Of a stretch of 64,000 nucleotides of DNA, positions 17,698 through 30,700 are shown piece after piece (the first letter of the stretch is position 1; each line of letters opens with the position of its first letter). This DNA is from Paraspadella gotoi. Its lineage: Eukaryota; Animalia; Chaetognatha. The position numbers and the translations under genes were made by a program. The stretch covers positions 3,336,192-3,400,191 of the forward strand of contig CM119267.1 in NCBI GenBank assembly GCA_051294375.1. The letters are read 5' to 3'. The notes beneath the pieces were generated by a model. That model saw nothing but the letters and a program-made list of their open reading frames with translations. It ran no database searches and was not told the DNA's origin.

Positions 17698-18049
17698 AGT
17701 TATATCCTTTAAATAAGACTAGTTTATTGGACTAGATAAAAACTGAAGAAAATTTTAAAAAAAAGACGAATGACAAACGTAATTTTCACTCTCCTTGGGG
17801 CACCAGGATCATGAAAGTAACTACATTTAATTGAACTAAGTCTGAAGCTATTTCAACTAAATTCATTATTATTGTACATAATTTGAAACAGTCTTGTTTA
17901 CCTAAATTATTTATTATTTTTGTGTCATTTTGCTACGTATTAATAGATGAAATTGGTACAACATCTCTCATAATTTTATATGAATAAAAATATTAATTGA
18001 AGGCTTTACATATTGTGGATTGTGGTTTGTGGAATGAGTTGAAATTGTA

Positions 18050-18714
18050 CAGAAGGCTTCTTATTATAAAATGTGGTACCCCTTTTTTGTGACCAGAATC
18101 TGTTCCCACCAAACTACCTGATCGAATTTAATGAAATTTTACATTTAGAGTGCTAATGACTATATAAATGGAACTATCGAGGCGAATTTTGATATTCAAC
18201 CCCTGGGGGGCCAAAAAAGGCTAAATTCTTTTTTTCATTTCTCATAATTTTTTTGTAGAATCAGGTTTATCGATGTTTTAAACATATAAAAATATTTTTA
18301 AAACTAAAATTAATAATTTTTTTGCTAATTAATCGGTGTTTGAAGATGCATGGTTCATCGTTTTTCTCCAAATTTTCCAGAATTATTCCAAATCTGACTT
18401 GAACAGCTGATGTTCATGAAGCTGAAACTTATAGTAAAATAATATTTTTGTAGAAATAAATACATTTTTGTGGAAGAGTAAACGTCTGGGCAACTGTTAA
18501 AAAAAAAAAATTTGACCATTTTTTGCCCCCATGAGTGACCCCTACCGGGCCCCATATCTCGGCTCAGGGGTCAAATATTTAAATTCGCCTCGATATTCCT
18601 ATTCACATAGGGATCGTTCATACCAAATTTCATTAAAATCTATTTAATAGTTTTCTAGGAATGTGTTCTGGTCACAAAAAAGGGGTACTACATTTTATAA
18701 TATGAAGCCTTCTG
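18050..18714. mobile_element. MITE (non-autonomous DNA transposon, Tc1/mariner-like TA target duplication)
   Basis: The left end CAGAAGGCTTCTTATTATAAAATGTGGTACCCC..GTGACCAGAA matches the reverse complement of the right end. TA flanks both ends, subterminal inverted matches extend inward, and there is no ORF. Confidence 0.88.
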
Positions 18715-19313
18715 TAATCTTTTAGTGAAAAAAAAAATTCTCGGCCTGTCTTAAAATCAGCCCATATAATAATCTTTTTTAAGTAAAACATTTTGTCTTT
18801 TTATTTTGTATTATTTTCTTTTATACCTTCTCTTTCCGTATTAAATATCTTTTCATTGATATGTCTATAAGATTAGACATTATAGTTTTATAACGAATAT
18901 GTATTAGAAATTACTAATTTATAAAAATAATGTAAAAATTACAGACATGCTCAAAACATAACTGCATTATTTAAGTTTAGTCGTTGTACAAAATGACAGA
19001 CCCAAAAAAAGTATCTTATGTAGACTTTAGTCAGGCTAAATTCACGACTAAAATAACCATTGGTATATTCTTTAATTGAGAGGATAGTTTTTAGGAAATA
19101 CCAATCCAAAAAAAATTGTATTTTAACAATACTTCTTTTTTTTAAATAAAAATATATTCAAACTATACATCCATTCTTTTTTCATAATCAAGATAGTTAC
19201 AATGTGTTTTCAAATACCTAAGAATACAAAATAGTTCACTCAGGACCAAATTGAAGCCATTCTATTTTACACTCGGAACGTATAAATCAAAAAAATGGAA
19301 AATTAAGAGAAAC

Positions 19314-21851
19314 TTATTTTGAAGCCTCATCCATTTTGTCATCACCATCGTTTTCAACAGTGTTCATTAGTTTACATTGCGATGGGCTTTCGTTGTTTTT
19401 CAGTAGATAATTAGTGTCTTGATCTTCTGAGTCTGGAAACGTTTCAGTTCTCATTACTGTACTGGACTCATCTTTCCAGTGATCAACACTAGGAGGCGTG
19501 TCCACAGGATGCTCAATGTTGTTTTGGATGTCCATAACATTCTCCGTGTTATCTGGGTTATACATTGTGTGTTCGATTTTATCTGGAGCATCGACAGTAT
19601 GCTCGATGTTAACTGGAGTTTCCATATTATCTGGGTTACTTTCACTGATAGCATCGCTATTACTTTCAGGTGGAGATTTCACTGATGAGTAGGTTTGTAG
19701 ACGGGAACCGGTAGTTCTTGAGGGATCTTGAAACTGATTCCAATCCATTTCGGTCTCCACAACATATTCTATGGCCTCACCATCTTGATCTTTGACTGGA
19801 CCGGACTTGACCTTCTGATTTTTTTTCTTTTGACGCTTTGCCCCGCCATTGGAATTATTCCCATACCCTTTCCTGAAAGAATTCGTATTTCCCTTTCTAT
19901 TTCCACGCATTGGCCTTGCTGGCATGAAAGGGGGAAAACCCTCTTGTTCATACGGATATGGAGGGTAGTTTGGTGGCCCTTCCATAAAATATCTTTCGTC
20001 ATAAAATTCATTTTGAAAGTAATCATTTCCATTCCCATTACGATTACCATTCCTTTTCCTTTTTCGATTTTCTCTTTTGAACATTTTTCTGACTTTTGCG
20101 AAGCCTCTTCGAAAATCTGAGTCATGTTTATATATTTGGTAAGTCTCTAAATAATAATCATAATACGAATGTCGACCAGCCTTTTCTAACTCATCAGCTT
20201 CTGTCTGACTTAAAAAATGATTTCCTGCATGTTCGGCAGCTTTAATAACAGTTTTTAAGTGTTTAGGAGAGCCAAGGTGGATCTCATACTGATCTTCTGT
20301 ACAAGAACTAACAAGACAGATGTCACATATAAACTGGTGTTCACTCGGTTTTTCAATATTCGTATTTTCTCGAGGAGGATTTTGATCGTCATCAGTTGTG
20401 GAAGGTATTTCCTCTTCCTCTTTCTCTTCCGCTTTCGTCTCGGTTTTTTGGTGTTCTTCAATTAAATTTTTCATTTTGTTTTTGTGTTTAGGACTGATGA
20501 AATGCTCTTCAGCTTGCGACACTCGCATTATTTTTAAATCACAAAGTGGACAATATATTTCTCCCTCAAGTACTTGTGGTCCCGACGACAACATTTTGTA
20601 TGCCAAACTTTTTGTATCACTTTCTAATTCCTCACTTTTTTTCTTCTCAATTAGCAATTTAAGTTTTTCTTTCTTCAAATGTTGATGCCCATTTAAGTGG
20701 AGATCCATAATTCTTTCAGAAGTCATGTTTACATGACAAGTGTCACATCGATAGGGTTCAAAATCTGTTTCAGACACTTCCTGACGATTCTTAACTTCTA
20801 ATTCATTTTTTTCCTCCTTATTTTTCTGCTCGTTGTCCATTTCATCAGATTCTTCGCGAGGGCTTTTTTTTGTGGCTTCATCTTCAGAAACGGGAGAATC
20901 CGACTTATTGTCCTCTGGTTTCTGCTCTTCCTGTGGAGATTTACTAACAGTTTTCTCGTCAGCTTCTGATTTCTTGCTTGCAGGATTCATCTTATTTTGG
21001 TGCTTTTGAGAAACAATATGATCATCATACCCTTGGAATCCTGTGGTCAGAACTTTGCAAATGTCGCACCAAAAACACTTTTGCTCCGCAAAGCCTGGGT
21101 TTGCGATGGCACCAGAACCTGGAGGATTAAGATCATACCCTTCCTCTTGCAATCGGACCCTTTTTTTATGACGATCTGATCCCAAGTGCTCAAGATATGT
21201 CCCAGGATCTTCATGCGGCAAATGACAAAGCTCACAATAGTAGGCAATTTTTCCCGGGTCAAGAATTTCGTAACAAACGGTGCTTAGTTCTAAACGTTTT
21301 GCATGAGATTTCCCGTCTAAATGGGCAATAAAGGCGGACTTGTGATCCCCGAATTCAAGATCACATATCTCACAGCAGAAATTGACTTCAACTTGTTCTT
21401 TTTGAGATCGTTCATGGACATTTCTCTCGTGTCTAAAACCTTTAAGGTGACACTGAAAAGAGTCTGTATCACCAATAGATACTTGACAAAGTTGACAGGT
21501 TAAAGATTTTTTTTCTAAGCCTGCTAAAAAATTTCCATAGGCAGAAGTGGTCGCTCCCAAAGCTTTAACCTTTCTTGAATGATTTTTGCTCGACTTGTGA
21601 TTGTTCAACTGCTTCTGAGACATGAAGTTAATTTTACAAACGTCACACCAGAAGGGTTGCTGTGGCGGATAATTGTGATAACCTTGATTTGGGTAAGGTG
21701 GAAAACCAGGGAATTCTTGTTGTGCAGAATACTCGGCCCATGGATCGGCGTATTCGTAAGGAATACTCGGCTCTGGTCCATAATAGCCTCCTGGAAACAT
21801 AGGCTGATTCTGATGTGCCATTCCGACTAACTTATCTTTCAAAGAATACAT
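19314..21851 (-). CDS. Intronless protein with 8 dispersed U1/matrin-type C2H2 zinc fingers (ZNF385/JAZ/ZMAT-like)
   Basis: Eight CxxC-x(~12)-H-x5-H motifs (e.g. CDVC..HKSSKNH, CDTC..HLNGHQH). Start is ATG 21851 or 21821. Confidence 0.85.
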   Translation of the reverse strand: MYSLKDKLVGMAHQNQPMFPGGYYGPEPSIPYEYADPWAEYSAQQEFPGFPPYPNQGYHNYPPQQPFWCDVCKINFMSQKQLNNHKSSKNHSRKVKALGATTSAYGNFLAGLEKKSLTCQLCQVSIGDTDSFQCHLKGFRHERNVHERSQKEQVEVNFCCEICDLEFGDHKSAFIAHLDGKSHAKRLELSTVCYEILDPGKIAYYCELCHLPHEDPGTYLEHLGSDRHKKRVRLQEEGYDLNPPGSGAIANPGFAEQKCFWCDICKVLTTGFQGYDDHIVSQKHQNKMNPASKKSEADEKTVSKSPQEEQKPEDNKSDSPVSEDEATKKSPREESDEMDNEQKNKEEKNELEVKNRQEVSETDFEPYRCDTCHVNMTSERIMDLHLNGHQHLKKEKLKLLIEKKKSEELESDTKSLAYKMLSSGPQVLEGEIYCPLCDLKIMRVSQAEEHFISPKHKNKMKNLIEEHQKTETKAEEKEEEEIPSTTDDDQNPPRENTNIEKPSEHQFICDICLVSSCTEDQYEIHLGSPKHLKTVIKAAEHAGNHFLSQTEADELEKAGRHSYYDYYLETYQIYKHDSDFRRGFAKVRKMFKRENRKRKRNGNRNGNGNDYFQNEFYDERYFMEGPPNYPPYPYEQEGFPPFMPARPMRGNRKGNTNSFRKGYGNNSNGGAKRQKKKNQKVKSGPVKDQDGEAIEYVVETEMDWNQFQDPSRTTGSRLQTYSSVKSPPESNSDAISESNPDNMETPVNIEHTVDAPDKIEHTMYNPDNTENVMDIQNNIEHPVDTPPSVDHWKDESSTVMRTETFPDSEDQDTNYLLKNNESPSQCKLMNTVENDGDDKMDEASK

Positions 21852-22464
21852 TTTTTTAATCAAAAAATGGGATTAATTCATAACTTCTTCTTCCCTTTTT
21901 TCTGTATGAGTCGCAACTAAATTTATTTCATATCATATGGCTTCGGATTTCAGTCAGAACGTTTCTACCGTCGCTCAGGCGCTCATTGAAAAAAAAGTTT
22001 CGGGTTCAGCTAAAACTTTTGCATGATTTTGCAGGTCAAGTTGATGAGTTTAAGCGTTTCACTTTCCTTGACGATACTACCGTCTCTTCAAATCTATGTG
22101 GTTATTCCCGTTGACAAGAAGTGGTAAAGAAAGTCGAAAAGGACCATTTAAGACTCAAACAAATTCAATCTAAATATAGTAACAATCAAAACTGACGACA
22201 AAAAGCGGAAAAAATATTTGTATAATTGAAAATGGTAGTTTTTTTTTAAATTTCGAAAAAAGACGCATTGATTAATTTGGTTTTCTCAGCAATTCTAAAT
22301 GAATAAAGTTAATAAAAATAATTAACAACGACTATTTTAAAAAGGCAATAGGGTTTTCTAATTCATCATTAGGATATCTATTGTTCAGCATACGCGATGC
22401 GCAATGTAATCGTCGTTAAAAATGAAAGACACAGGGTTCATTGTCATCTCGTCCAGATTGAAAT

Positions 22465-25360
22465 TCACTCGTAATCCTCGGAACCGGTGACGAAAGAAGT
22501 GGTACGGTTGCGGAAGACGAAGGGTTTGATGAATGGCAACGGGGCCGATCGAATCTCTGTCCATTTGAGATTTCCGTTGGCTCTTATCTTTTTGTTTCGC
22601 GGTTTAAGAGTTTTACTCTTCGTGGCGGTGGAGGCCGAAGTGTCCAGCACGAAGGCCTTACCGTGCGCCGCCACTTCATGTTCGGACTCGTTAAGATAAG
22701 GGCTGAGAGAAAACCGAAAAAGAAATTAAGGCTGAGAGACTCGAGTTCGATGAACTTAGATTATACTTGTACCTAGTGTAGTCGAAAAATATTTCTTTGG
22801 AATCCAAGAAGACGTAAATTTTCGAATCGACGACGAGGCCGGCCCCGATGTGATTACGTATCAATTTTTTCGCGCCCTATGAACAGAAAGGTGACAGTGC
22901 CTAATCAACGCTTGGCAAAATGTAAGTGTACGTCTAAGAGCTCCCACAGCATTTTTTATTCCTAATTAACCCTGCACTTACCCATTCGTCTTCGTATACG
23001 TTCGATGGGAGACACTAGTAAGAAATATCATCATTAATTAGTACAAAAAAATAAATATGACTAGCTTGGACTATTGACCATTTTAGAAAATTTTGGTTTC
23101 TCAGAAATGTAAGAAGTTTCATTTGGGAGGGTTCCTGAATCAAATTTCTGACTCTCCCCATTGACATAGATTGGCCCTTGATTGATGTAAATCAATTAGT
23201 CTTCCATACAAAAAGTAAGCAGCGTTTTTTTTTTAAATAAGTAATTAAATTATTTTTTTCAAAATTTCTACCAATTTCATTTTTAAGGCTTTAAACTCTA
23301 TGAAGTTAATTATATCGTTCGTCTTCTCTACACTAAATATCACCGGCATGAGTTCCCAAGCGCTGAAATTCTTCGATATGTCCAGCCTCTCGACAAAACA
23401 ACACGAGTTGGCTCCGCCCATCACGTACACATGGTCGCCGCAAGCAACGTAGATGCCGCGAACGTACTTGGCGGAAAAGTCCGGCGTCCTTGACCTAAAG
23501 TCAGGCAAAATTCCGAATCATATGAACCCGAATGACAAGCAGAAAATTCTCACTCACCAACTCATATCTTCGAGGTTCAGCACGTGCATTCTTTGCGCAA
23601 ACTGCTGAGAAAGAAAGATCTTTCCGAAATGACCCAAGGCGTGAAATGGCTCGTGGACCTCGGGAGGCAAAGAAATGTCGGACCAGGACTCTGTCCACGT
23701 GTCGAACCGGAAGGCGTCAGCGTCGGCCCCCGAATCTTGCCGAGCTCCGTTGAAGACGTAAATGTGCCCATTGTAGTAACAGGCCGTCTAAAATATTTTG
23801 GGCGGTTGGGGTATCTCGGCGACAATAATTTATAATGTACTAAAGGAGCGTCATTGTGCGAAAAATCATTTACCTGATCTTTGCAAAATCGAAAGGGAAC
23901 GCGACCAAGTTCGACCGCCTTTCCCGTCGCAATCTCCATCTTTATCAACGTGAGGAAAGACTCGGCCGTTTCGTGATTCTGTTTCCATTTTTTCAAATGA
24001 AAGTTGGGAATTTAAAGACGTGAATGAAAGAAACTAAAAGCGAGGAATTGTACCACGGCCTCGAGAAAGGTGAAAATGTGATCGCCGTCCGTCACGCGGA
24101 TCTTTGTCTTTTCCGTCCCCATGAAGGCATCGACATGATGATAGGACAAGCTGCACTGACTCCATCCGTTAATTTTAGATCTGTAGCCAACCGCCAGTGT
24201 TGAGACGTCTGGTAAGAAGAGATTGTGAGTGAAAGAGAGAAATATATATAAAATTATATAATATACATATATAATATATATTAGTACATAGCATCTCCTT
24301 TCTTCGTTCTTCTTTCGCCTCTCACCCGTGAAACATACGAGTGTGATGGGGCTTCGAGGAATTTGCGCCTCAAAGGCCTCGTGTTCGCCCCTGTTCATAA
24401 ATCGGCGCATCATCTCCGCGCAATTTTCGTCGCCCGTCACGTAGCGATGTTCGACGATGAGGTTGAAGGAGTCTTCGCTCAGAGTCCCGTAGCGGATTGA
24501 TTTCAAGAGGTGATGCATTTCCTTGAGACGATCTTCTTCGTCGCCGGCGACCCACGTAACCTTCGACGAAAGAAAGGTCAAGATTCCTGAAGATGGCACG
24601 CGTCACCCGTTAGATGGACCCACCAGGATTTTAAAGAGTTTCATCTCCTCCTCTGTCGCCAACTGCTCTCGGGTTAAGATCGACGACAAAGCGTCTTTAG
24701 TCAAGGCTTTAAATTCTTCGCCCGGAATCTCTTCTATTTTTCTGAGAGAAATGAAGGAGTTAAATAACTAAAGACCCACCCGAAATGCAGCCACAACAAC
24801 CTGCTGACGTAATCCAGAACCGACGAATGCAACCAGGAAGCCGAATCGAAAAACTTGGTCATGTTAAGGACTTCCAAGCAGTTCGAAGGTTGGAGATTAT
24901 CGTAGAGATCTAGAAAAAAATTGTTAGCGGTTTGAAAAACAAAAGGACGTCCCGACATCCGGGTCTTACTTTCTAAACAATGATCGACGATAGGAGTTAT
25001 CTGCAGCATGTCGGCTGCAACGAACAACTCGGTTGTAAGATCGGGAGTATAACGTATTTGACGAGTGTAAGCATGCTCGATCAAAATGTCCATCACTCTC
25101 GAAGAAACGTTGTGTAATTTGACTTCGCCCGTCACGGATTCGTCCATCCCCTCGGCGCTGAATAGGCTGGGGAGTGCGGATAGATCAAACCGCGTTAGTT
25201 TTAGAAGATACTTTGAAAAGCCTTCGGTGACTGATTACTTGTCGAAATAGGGAATGGTTGAGAGAATGATTTTGTGGGCCCTGTACCGTTTGGCATCATC
25301 GAGGACGATCTCGGCATCTGTCCACTGCCCCGATAAATATTTGTCGTAGAAATGCGTCAT
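22465..25360 (-). CDS. BTB-BACK-Kelch (KLHL-like) protein, divergent, multi-exon
   Basis: BTB (TDAEIVL..YRAHKIILSTIPYF..LFVAADMLQI), BACK (SNCLEV..WV..RL..LLKSIRY) and Kelch-like repeats (HVYVMGG..VERLD..W). Confidence 0.8.
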
Positions 25361-25930
25361 CGCTTAATTTTGTTCTAAAAGACGGAGGCGAAACTTTAAC
25401 TAAAAATGGTGACCTCGTTTTAGAAGATCCTTCATAAAGTTGAAATCAGGTTGATACTAATTCAAAATAATGTTCAACATGTGATCAGCATTGCCACTTA
25501 AGTAAGATTAAACAACAGCGCGGCCTCAAAAATATATCTGGAACTTTCATAAACTTTATAAAGCCTTTTGTGTAGGAGCGTTAGTAAGAATTCCCGGAAT
25601 CTCCTTTATTTTCACCTGAAACATTTGGGATCTCCTATTTCTCCCCATCGTACCAAGCCAGAATCTGACAATAAAATGAAATGTTCATGAGACTGCCCGA
25701 GCATTATTTTAAAACAATATTACTACCAAGTTACCTGTTTATAACCAAGGAAATTATCCATATTCGTAAAACCGTGAACTCGTATCAAATAAATATCTAA
25801 GAAAATCTACCAATTCAGAAGATTCCATTTTCGACACTAAATAAGAAAAGAAGATCCAACCAAAAAAAATTCTAATTCACAAGTGTAAAATTAAGTCGCA
25901 GAAAATTGTAAACGGAAGTACAAACAGACT

Positions 25931-27467
25931 TTAATCAGGTTTATCACAGTTTATTAGTTTCGTTTCTCCATGGTTGAGAACGAAAAAGCGATCCTTATCG
26001 ACTTGGGAGTCCTCGCAGGCAAGCCGAAGCCGATGCGTTGGGTCCATGAAATGTTCCAAGGCAGACATGGTAAACGTTCCCCAGTGAATGCCGAGACTTT
26101 GTTTTGAATTTACGTCCTGATAAAAGTGGGAAATAAAAATATTATAAGCCAATAAGGCACTAAGAAAAAAAATGATTGAATATTTACTTGATGAATCTTG
26201 ACAGCTTCTTCAGGGCTACAGTGTTGAAACATCATAACGTCTCGGGGAAGATAAGACCCGATCGGAATCGCGGCGAAATCAAAGGATTGGAAATGTTGTC
26301 CGATTTCTTTAAAGACTGTGCCTAAATTATACAAAAATAAAAGTTTCTTTTAAGAAGACTTTTTTTGTCTTTCTTTAATTCTCTCAACTCACAATATCCG
26401 GTGTCTCCCGCGAACCAAGCCTTGACTCCATCGGCAACGATTGCCCAACTGCCCCACAGAGAGGCGTTGCGATTAAAAGGCGTTCGGAGCGACCAGTGTT
26501 GCGTAGGAGTGAACACAAACTTGATAGTTCCCTTCATCGTAGAGAGACTGCTTTCCTGCAAAGATGAAAATTAAGCTGCGGAGCCAGCGTACCAGGCCTT
26601 ACCTTTTTTAAGCACTTACCTCCCACCACATCAAGTCTTTAACGTCGTCGTCATTAACGCCGACGCTTAGAAACCATTCCTTGAGGCCACGAGGCACAAA
26701 CCTGGGATCGAAACCAAAGTTATTATTTGATATTCGTCGACGCGAACACCACTCCCTCAAGTTCCCTCTTTACCAACGAAGATCGTTTTTAAATCTTCCG
26801 TGAAGTTGCTGGACGGTGGTGAGATCAAGATGGTCGTAGTGGTTGTGACTGATGCAAACTGCGTCAATGACCGGAAGTTGTTCGACGGTGAGAGGCGCTC
26901 GACGAAAGCGTCGGTAGCTGAAGCAAGGTTTTTGACATGGACCGCATCGCTCGCTGAAAATTGGATCGCAAAGCACGTTGCCTTCGTGGAACTGGAGGAA
27001 ATGAAATCATTCGTTCGACGATGGCGACGGAAAAGGGGGAGGGGAGAAATAACCGAACCTGCATGAGAACGGAGGCGTGGCCGAGCCACGTGACTCTGAT
27101 CTCGTTTTTCTCAGGCCGAGAATTTAAAGTGTCCGTGTCGGGATCGAGGATGGGAAGTTGTTCGTCCGCGTCCGACTTTGAAGGAGGAGATGGTGACCTA
27201 AAGCATGGGTCCAACACTTCGTCAATAATTCACACGACTTTTACTATTTTATGAGAAATAATACCTGTTGCACAGTTTCCATTTCAAAAGGGGTATAATC
27301 CGCCAAATGAAACCGACCCAGGTGGCCCAGGGATTCCCGAAAGTCTGTCCGTGGAACCAGCTGGTGTAGATGAGAGGTTGAGTTCGTTCGGGAGACGTGG
27401 GTCGATTCGCCGACGATTCCGACGACGCCAATAAAATTCGATTTTCGCTCTCGGACGCATCGGCCAT
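25931..27467 (-). CDS. NAPEPLD: N-acyl-phosphatidylethanolamine phospholipase D (metallo-beta-lactamase fold)
   Basis: VTWLGHASVL, LCDPIFSER, ISHNHYDHLD, PTQHWS.R, LWGSW, AGDTGYC, AAIPIGSY.PR, IHWGTF. Confidence 0.92.
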
Positions 27468-27735
27468 CCTTCAACTTCGCGCCCTCGGTTAAGGGAGGGC
27501 ACGACTTAAAAGGTCTATGAACTCTGGTTTACACCGACTTGATTAGTTGTCTTAATTCATTCATTCGCACGCGTCGAGAGAATCTGAGGACGAAACGAAG
27601 ACAATTGTCAAAAATGGGGTACAAGTTTTAACGTTTTTAAACTAGAAACGAGAAAATGGATGTTTTAAACTTCAATTTAGAATTCGTAGAAGAGAAAAAA
27701 AATCAAAATGAAAAAAGACGTCCGTAAATCTTTTC

Positions 27736-30700
27736 TCAGCGCGGGCTGCGGTTGCGGCTGCTGCTCCGTCGGCTACGCCGTTTCGGGCTGGGACTTCTAT
27801 GCCGAGGGTTCGGGCTGCGACGATACGGACTAGGGCTGCGCCGACGCGCCGTAGAGCTAAGACGCCGAGGGCTGGGGCTGCGCCGCTTCGGGCTGGAATC
27901 GCGTCGTTTGAGGGAAGGACTTCGGCGATCGGAATCCGAATACTTGCGCCGCTTCGGGCTCGGGCTGTGACGCTTCGGGCTCGGGCAACGCCGCCTCGGG
28001 CTCGGGCTGCGCCGCCTCGGGCTCGGGCTGCGCCGCTTCGGGCTCGGGCTGCGCCGCTTCGGGCTCGGGCTGCGCCGCTTCGGGCTCGGGCTGCGCCGCT
28101 TCGGGCTCGAGATGCGCCGCTTTGGGCTCGGGCTGCGCCGCTTTGGGCTCGGGCTGCGGCGCTTTGGGCTCGGGCTGCGGCGCTTCGTGCTCGAGATGCG
28201 CCGCTTCGGGCTCGGGCTGCGCCGCTTCGGGCGTTTCGGGCTCGGACTGAGACTTTTTGGGCTCGGGCTGCGCCTCATCGGGCTCCGCCTCATCGGGCTC
28301 GGGCTGCGCCGCTTCGGGCGTTTCGGGCTCGGGCTGCGGCGCTTCGGGCTCGGGCTGCGGCGCTTCGGGCTCGAGCGATCGGAACCGCGCGTTTTGGAGA
28401 CAACGGAGCGACGAGCTGGGCTTGCGCTAATCCTTTTCGGGCTGCGATGGCGACGTTGCGGACTGGGACTAAGCCTCTTCGGGCTTTTCCCCTTGGCCGG
28501 GCTGGGGCTTTGCCTCGTCGTCGGACTTTCCTTGCGTCGTTTAGGACTCGGGCTGCGTCGCTCCGCGCGAATTCTAGGACTCGGACCCCGGCGTCTCGGG
28601 CTGTCGTTGCGGCGCCTTGCGCTCCTCTCGCGATGTTTGGGACTCGAGCTGCGGCGATCATTATTACTCGGGCTGCGACGCCGAATTTCTGGCCGAGGAC
28701 TCTGACTCCCGCGTCTCTCCGCCTCGGACCTTCTGGGACTCTTCCTCCGCCCGGGGCTTCGCGTCTCTGGCTGACGACGTCCACCCCCGGACCTGTCGTC
28801 GTCGTCGCGCCCGGCTTCCTTGGCCCGCCTCTCAAGCTCCCTCTTTCGACGGTTTTCGGCCTCACGCTTGACGTCTTCCTCGTTCCACTTCTTCCTCCCC
28901 ATGTCGAGATCGTCGTCGCGTTCGAAGTTCGTTCGCGAATCCGTTAGTTTTCGCGCGACGCGAGACGGACGAATCGCCACCGAGGATGAGAGACGGCTCG
29001 CTGATTTTGAAAAAAGAGGGGGGAGGGGAGGGAGTAAGAGAGAGTTGAAAGAGACTTTATTTGGTAATCCTTTAGTATCCTTTCATTGTTCCATAATACT
29101 CGAAAAATCCCTAATCACAAAGACTCAAAGAACTTACGCATTTCATCCTCGTCGTCGGATTTCTGTTTGTCGTCGTCCTTCTGCTTCTCATTCTCTTTTC
29201 CCTTCGACTTTTTCGTCTTCGATTTTTTCTTTTTCTTCTTTTTCTTTTTCTCTTCCTCGCTTTCGCTCGAAGATTCGTCGCTGGACGACGAAGAGGAGGA
29301 GGAAGAGGAGGAGGAAGAATCCACTTCTTGCTTTTGAGCCATGATGAGTTTGGGCGCGTTCTTCAAATGCTCGCGGAGTTCGTCGGTGAGGCCACCCAAA
29401 CCGATGGAGGTGAAGAAATTGATTGCGAATCTGGGAGGGACAACAAAAAAAAAAGAGGATGAGGAGGAGCGAATGTTGGACTCTCGTTGTAATCCGTCGA
29501 TCTTATTTGCCTTTTGTAAAAGTGTTTGAAAATATAAACAATCGATATTTGTTTACAAACAAATTGCTTTGTTTAATCACGATTTCATTTTGATACAGAT
29601 TGCATTAATGTTAATTAGCCATCGTCGGGGTTTATATGGTTTAGTATTTATCTCAGCTCATAACGAACAGCTACTAGGATTAATAACATTAATATCATTA
29701 ACATGACATTATCATAACAACGAACACTATCTTACCTCGTGTGCCTCGGATTGTCTCGTGGAAATATGCCCTCGAAATACATGGCGAGAGTTTTGTCTTG
29801 AAGCCTGTCGCTTAATCGCGGCAGCCCCATGAATTCGGCGAGTTCTTGAAACAAAATTTTAACGAAAATCCTGGAGGAAGAGGTCGTATCCTCTTCGGTC
29901 AACCTGAGGACGAAAAAGAAAAAAAAACCGAAGAGTCGTTAATTCACATCTTTATTTAGATATTGATCGAGCGGGGATTCCCCCCGACTCACCTAATTCC
30001 TGAAATCACCCCCCACGAAATGGCGTCAGTAATAAGCAAGTGGGCGAACATCTTGGAGACGTTCCTAAGCTTGTTCGTCTCCAGCCGGTGACACGTTTCG
30101 TATTGTTCCTTGAAGATCTCCTCGAAAGGCTCCACGTATTCGGACTTTAACTGGCAGAATCGCTGCGCGAGTTGACCGAAAAACTTTTCGTAGCTGCGCT
30201 GCTGAGCGCAACAGTCGAGGATCATATTGCAAAGCTCCTTCTCTTGTCCGGGCTTGATCTGCATCTTGAGCAGCTTGTGGGTGCACTCTTCGAAGTCGAG
30301 GGAAGATTGGATCGTCAAATAGACGGTGCGACGGAACGCCACAATGTTCGTTTCAGTAGAATCGATGATGGTCGTCGTCTTGGCCTCGGCTAAGTTTAAT
30401 AAATAAATGAATCAATGAGTTAATTCCAAACTGAACGAAAAAAATATATACAAACAGTATAGATGAACCGTTGCTCACCGTCCTGCTCGTCGTCTTCTTC
30501 GGAGCCGCTTTCACCGTCGTCGCTGCTTTCGCCGCTGGAGCTTTCGTCCAAAATTTCTTTCTTCAGCGATTTGTATTTTTCCTCGTTGGCCAAATATTCT
30601 GGGTCTGAAAGAGAATGTCGAATGTTTATTGTTTAGTCACATATTATCGATTACCCACAACCCGTTAGTAAGATAATGACCATGCTTAAAGACGTTGAGC

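Noticed and set aside
21937-22127. Possible two-exon ~50-aa plus-strand gene (MASDFSQ..)
   Set aside because: Weak donor (GTTTCG), no recognisable homology, and it overlaps the likely upstream region of the ZnF gene.
27752-28947. Long plus-strand ORFs (382 aa RAAPLRA, 197 aa GLGLRRF)
   Set aside because: Antisense shadows of the CWC22 repeat exon. The unit has no stop codons and there are no unique spacers, so it is not a CRISPR array either.
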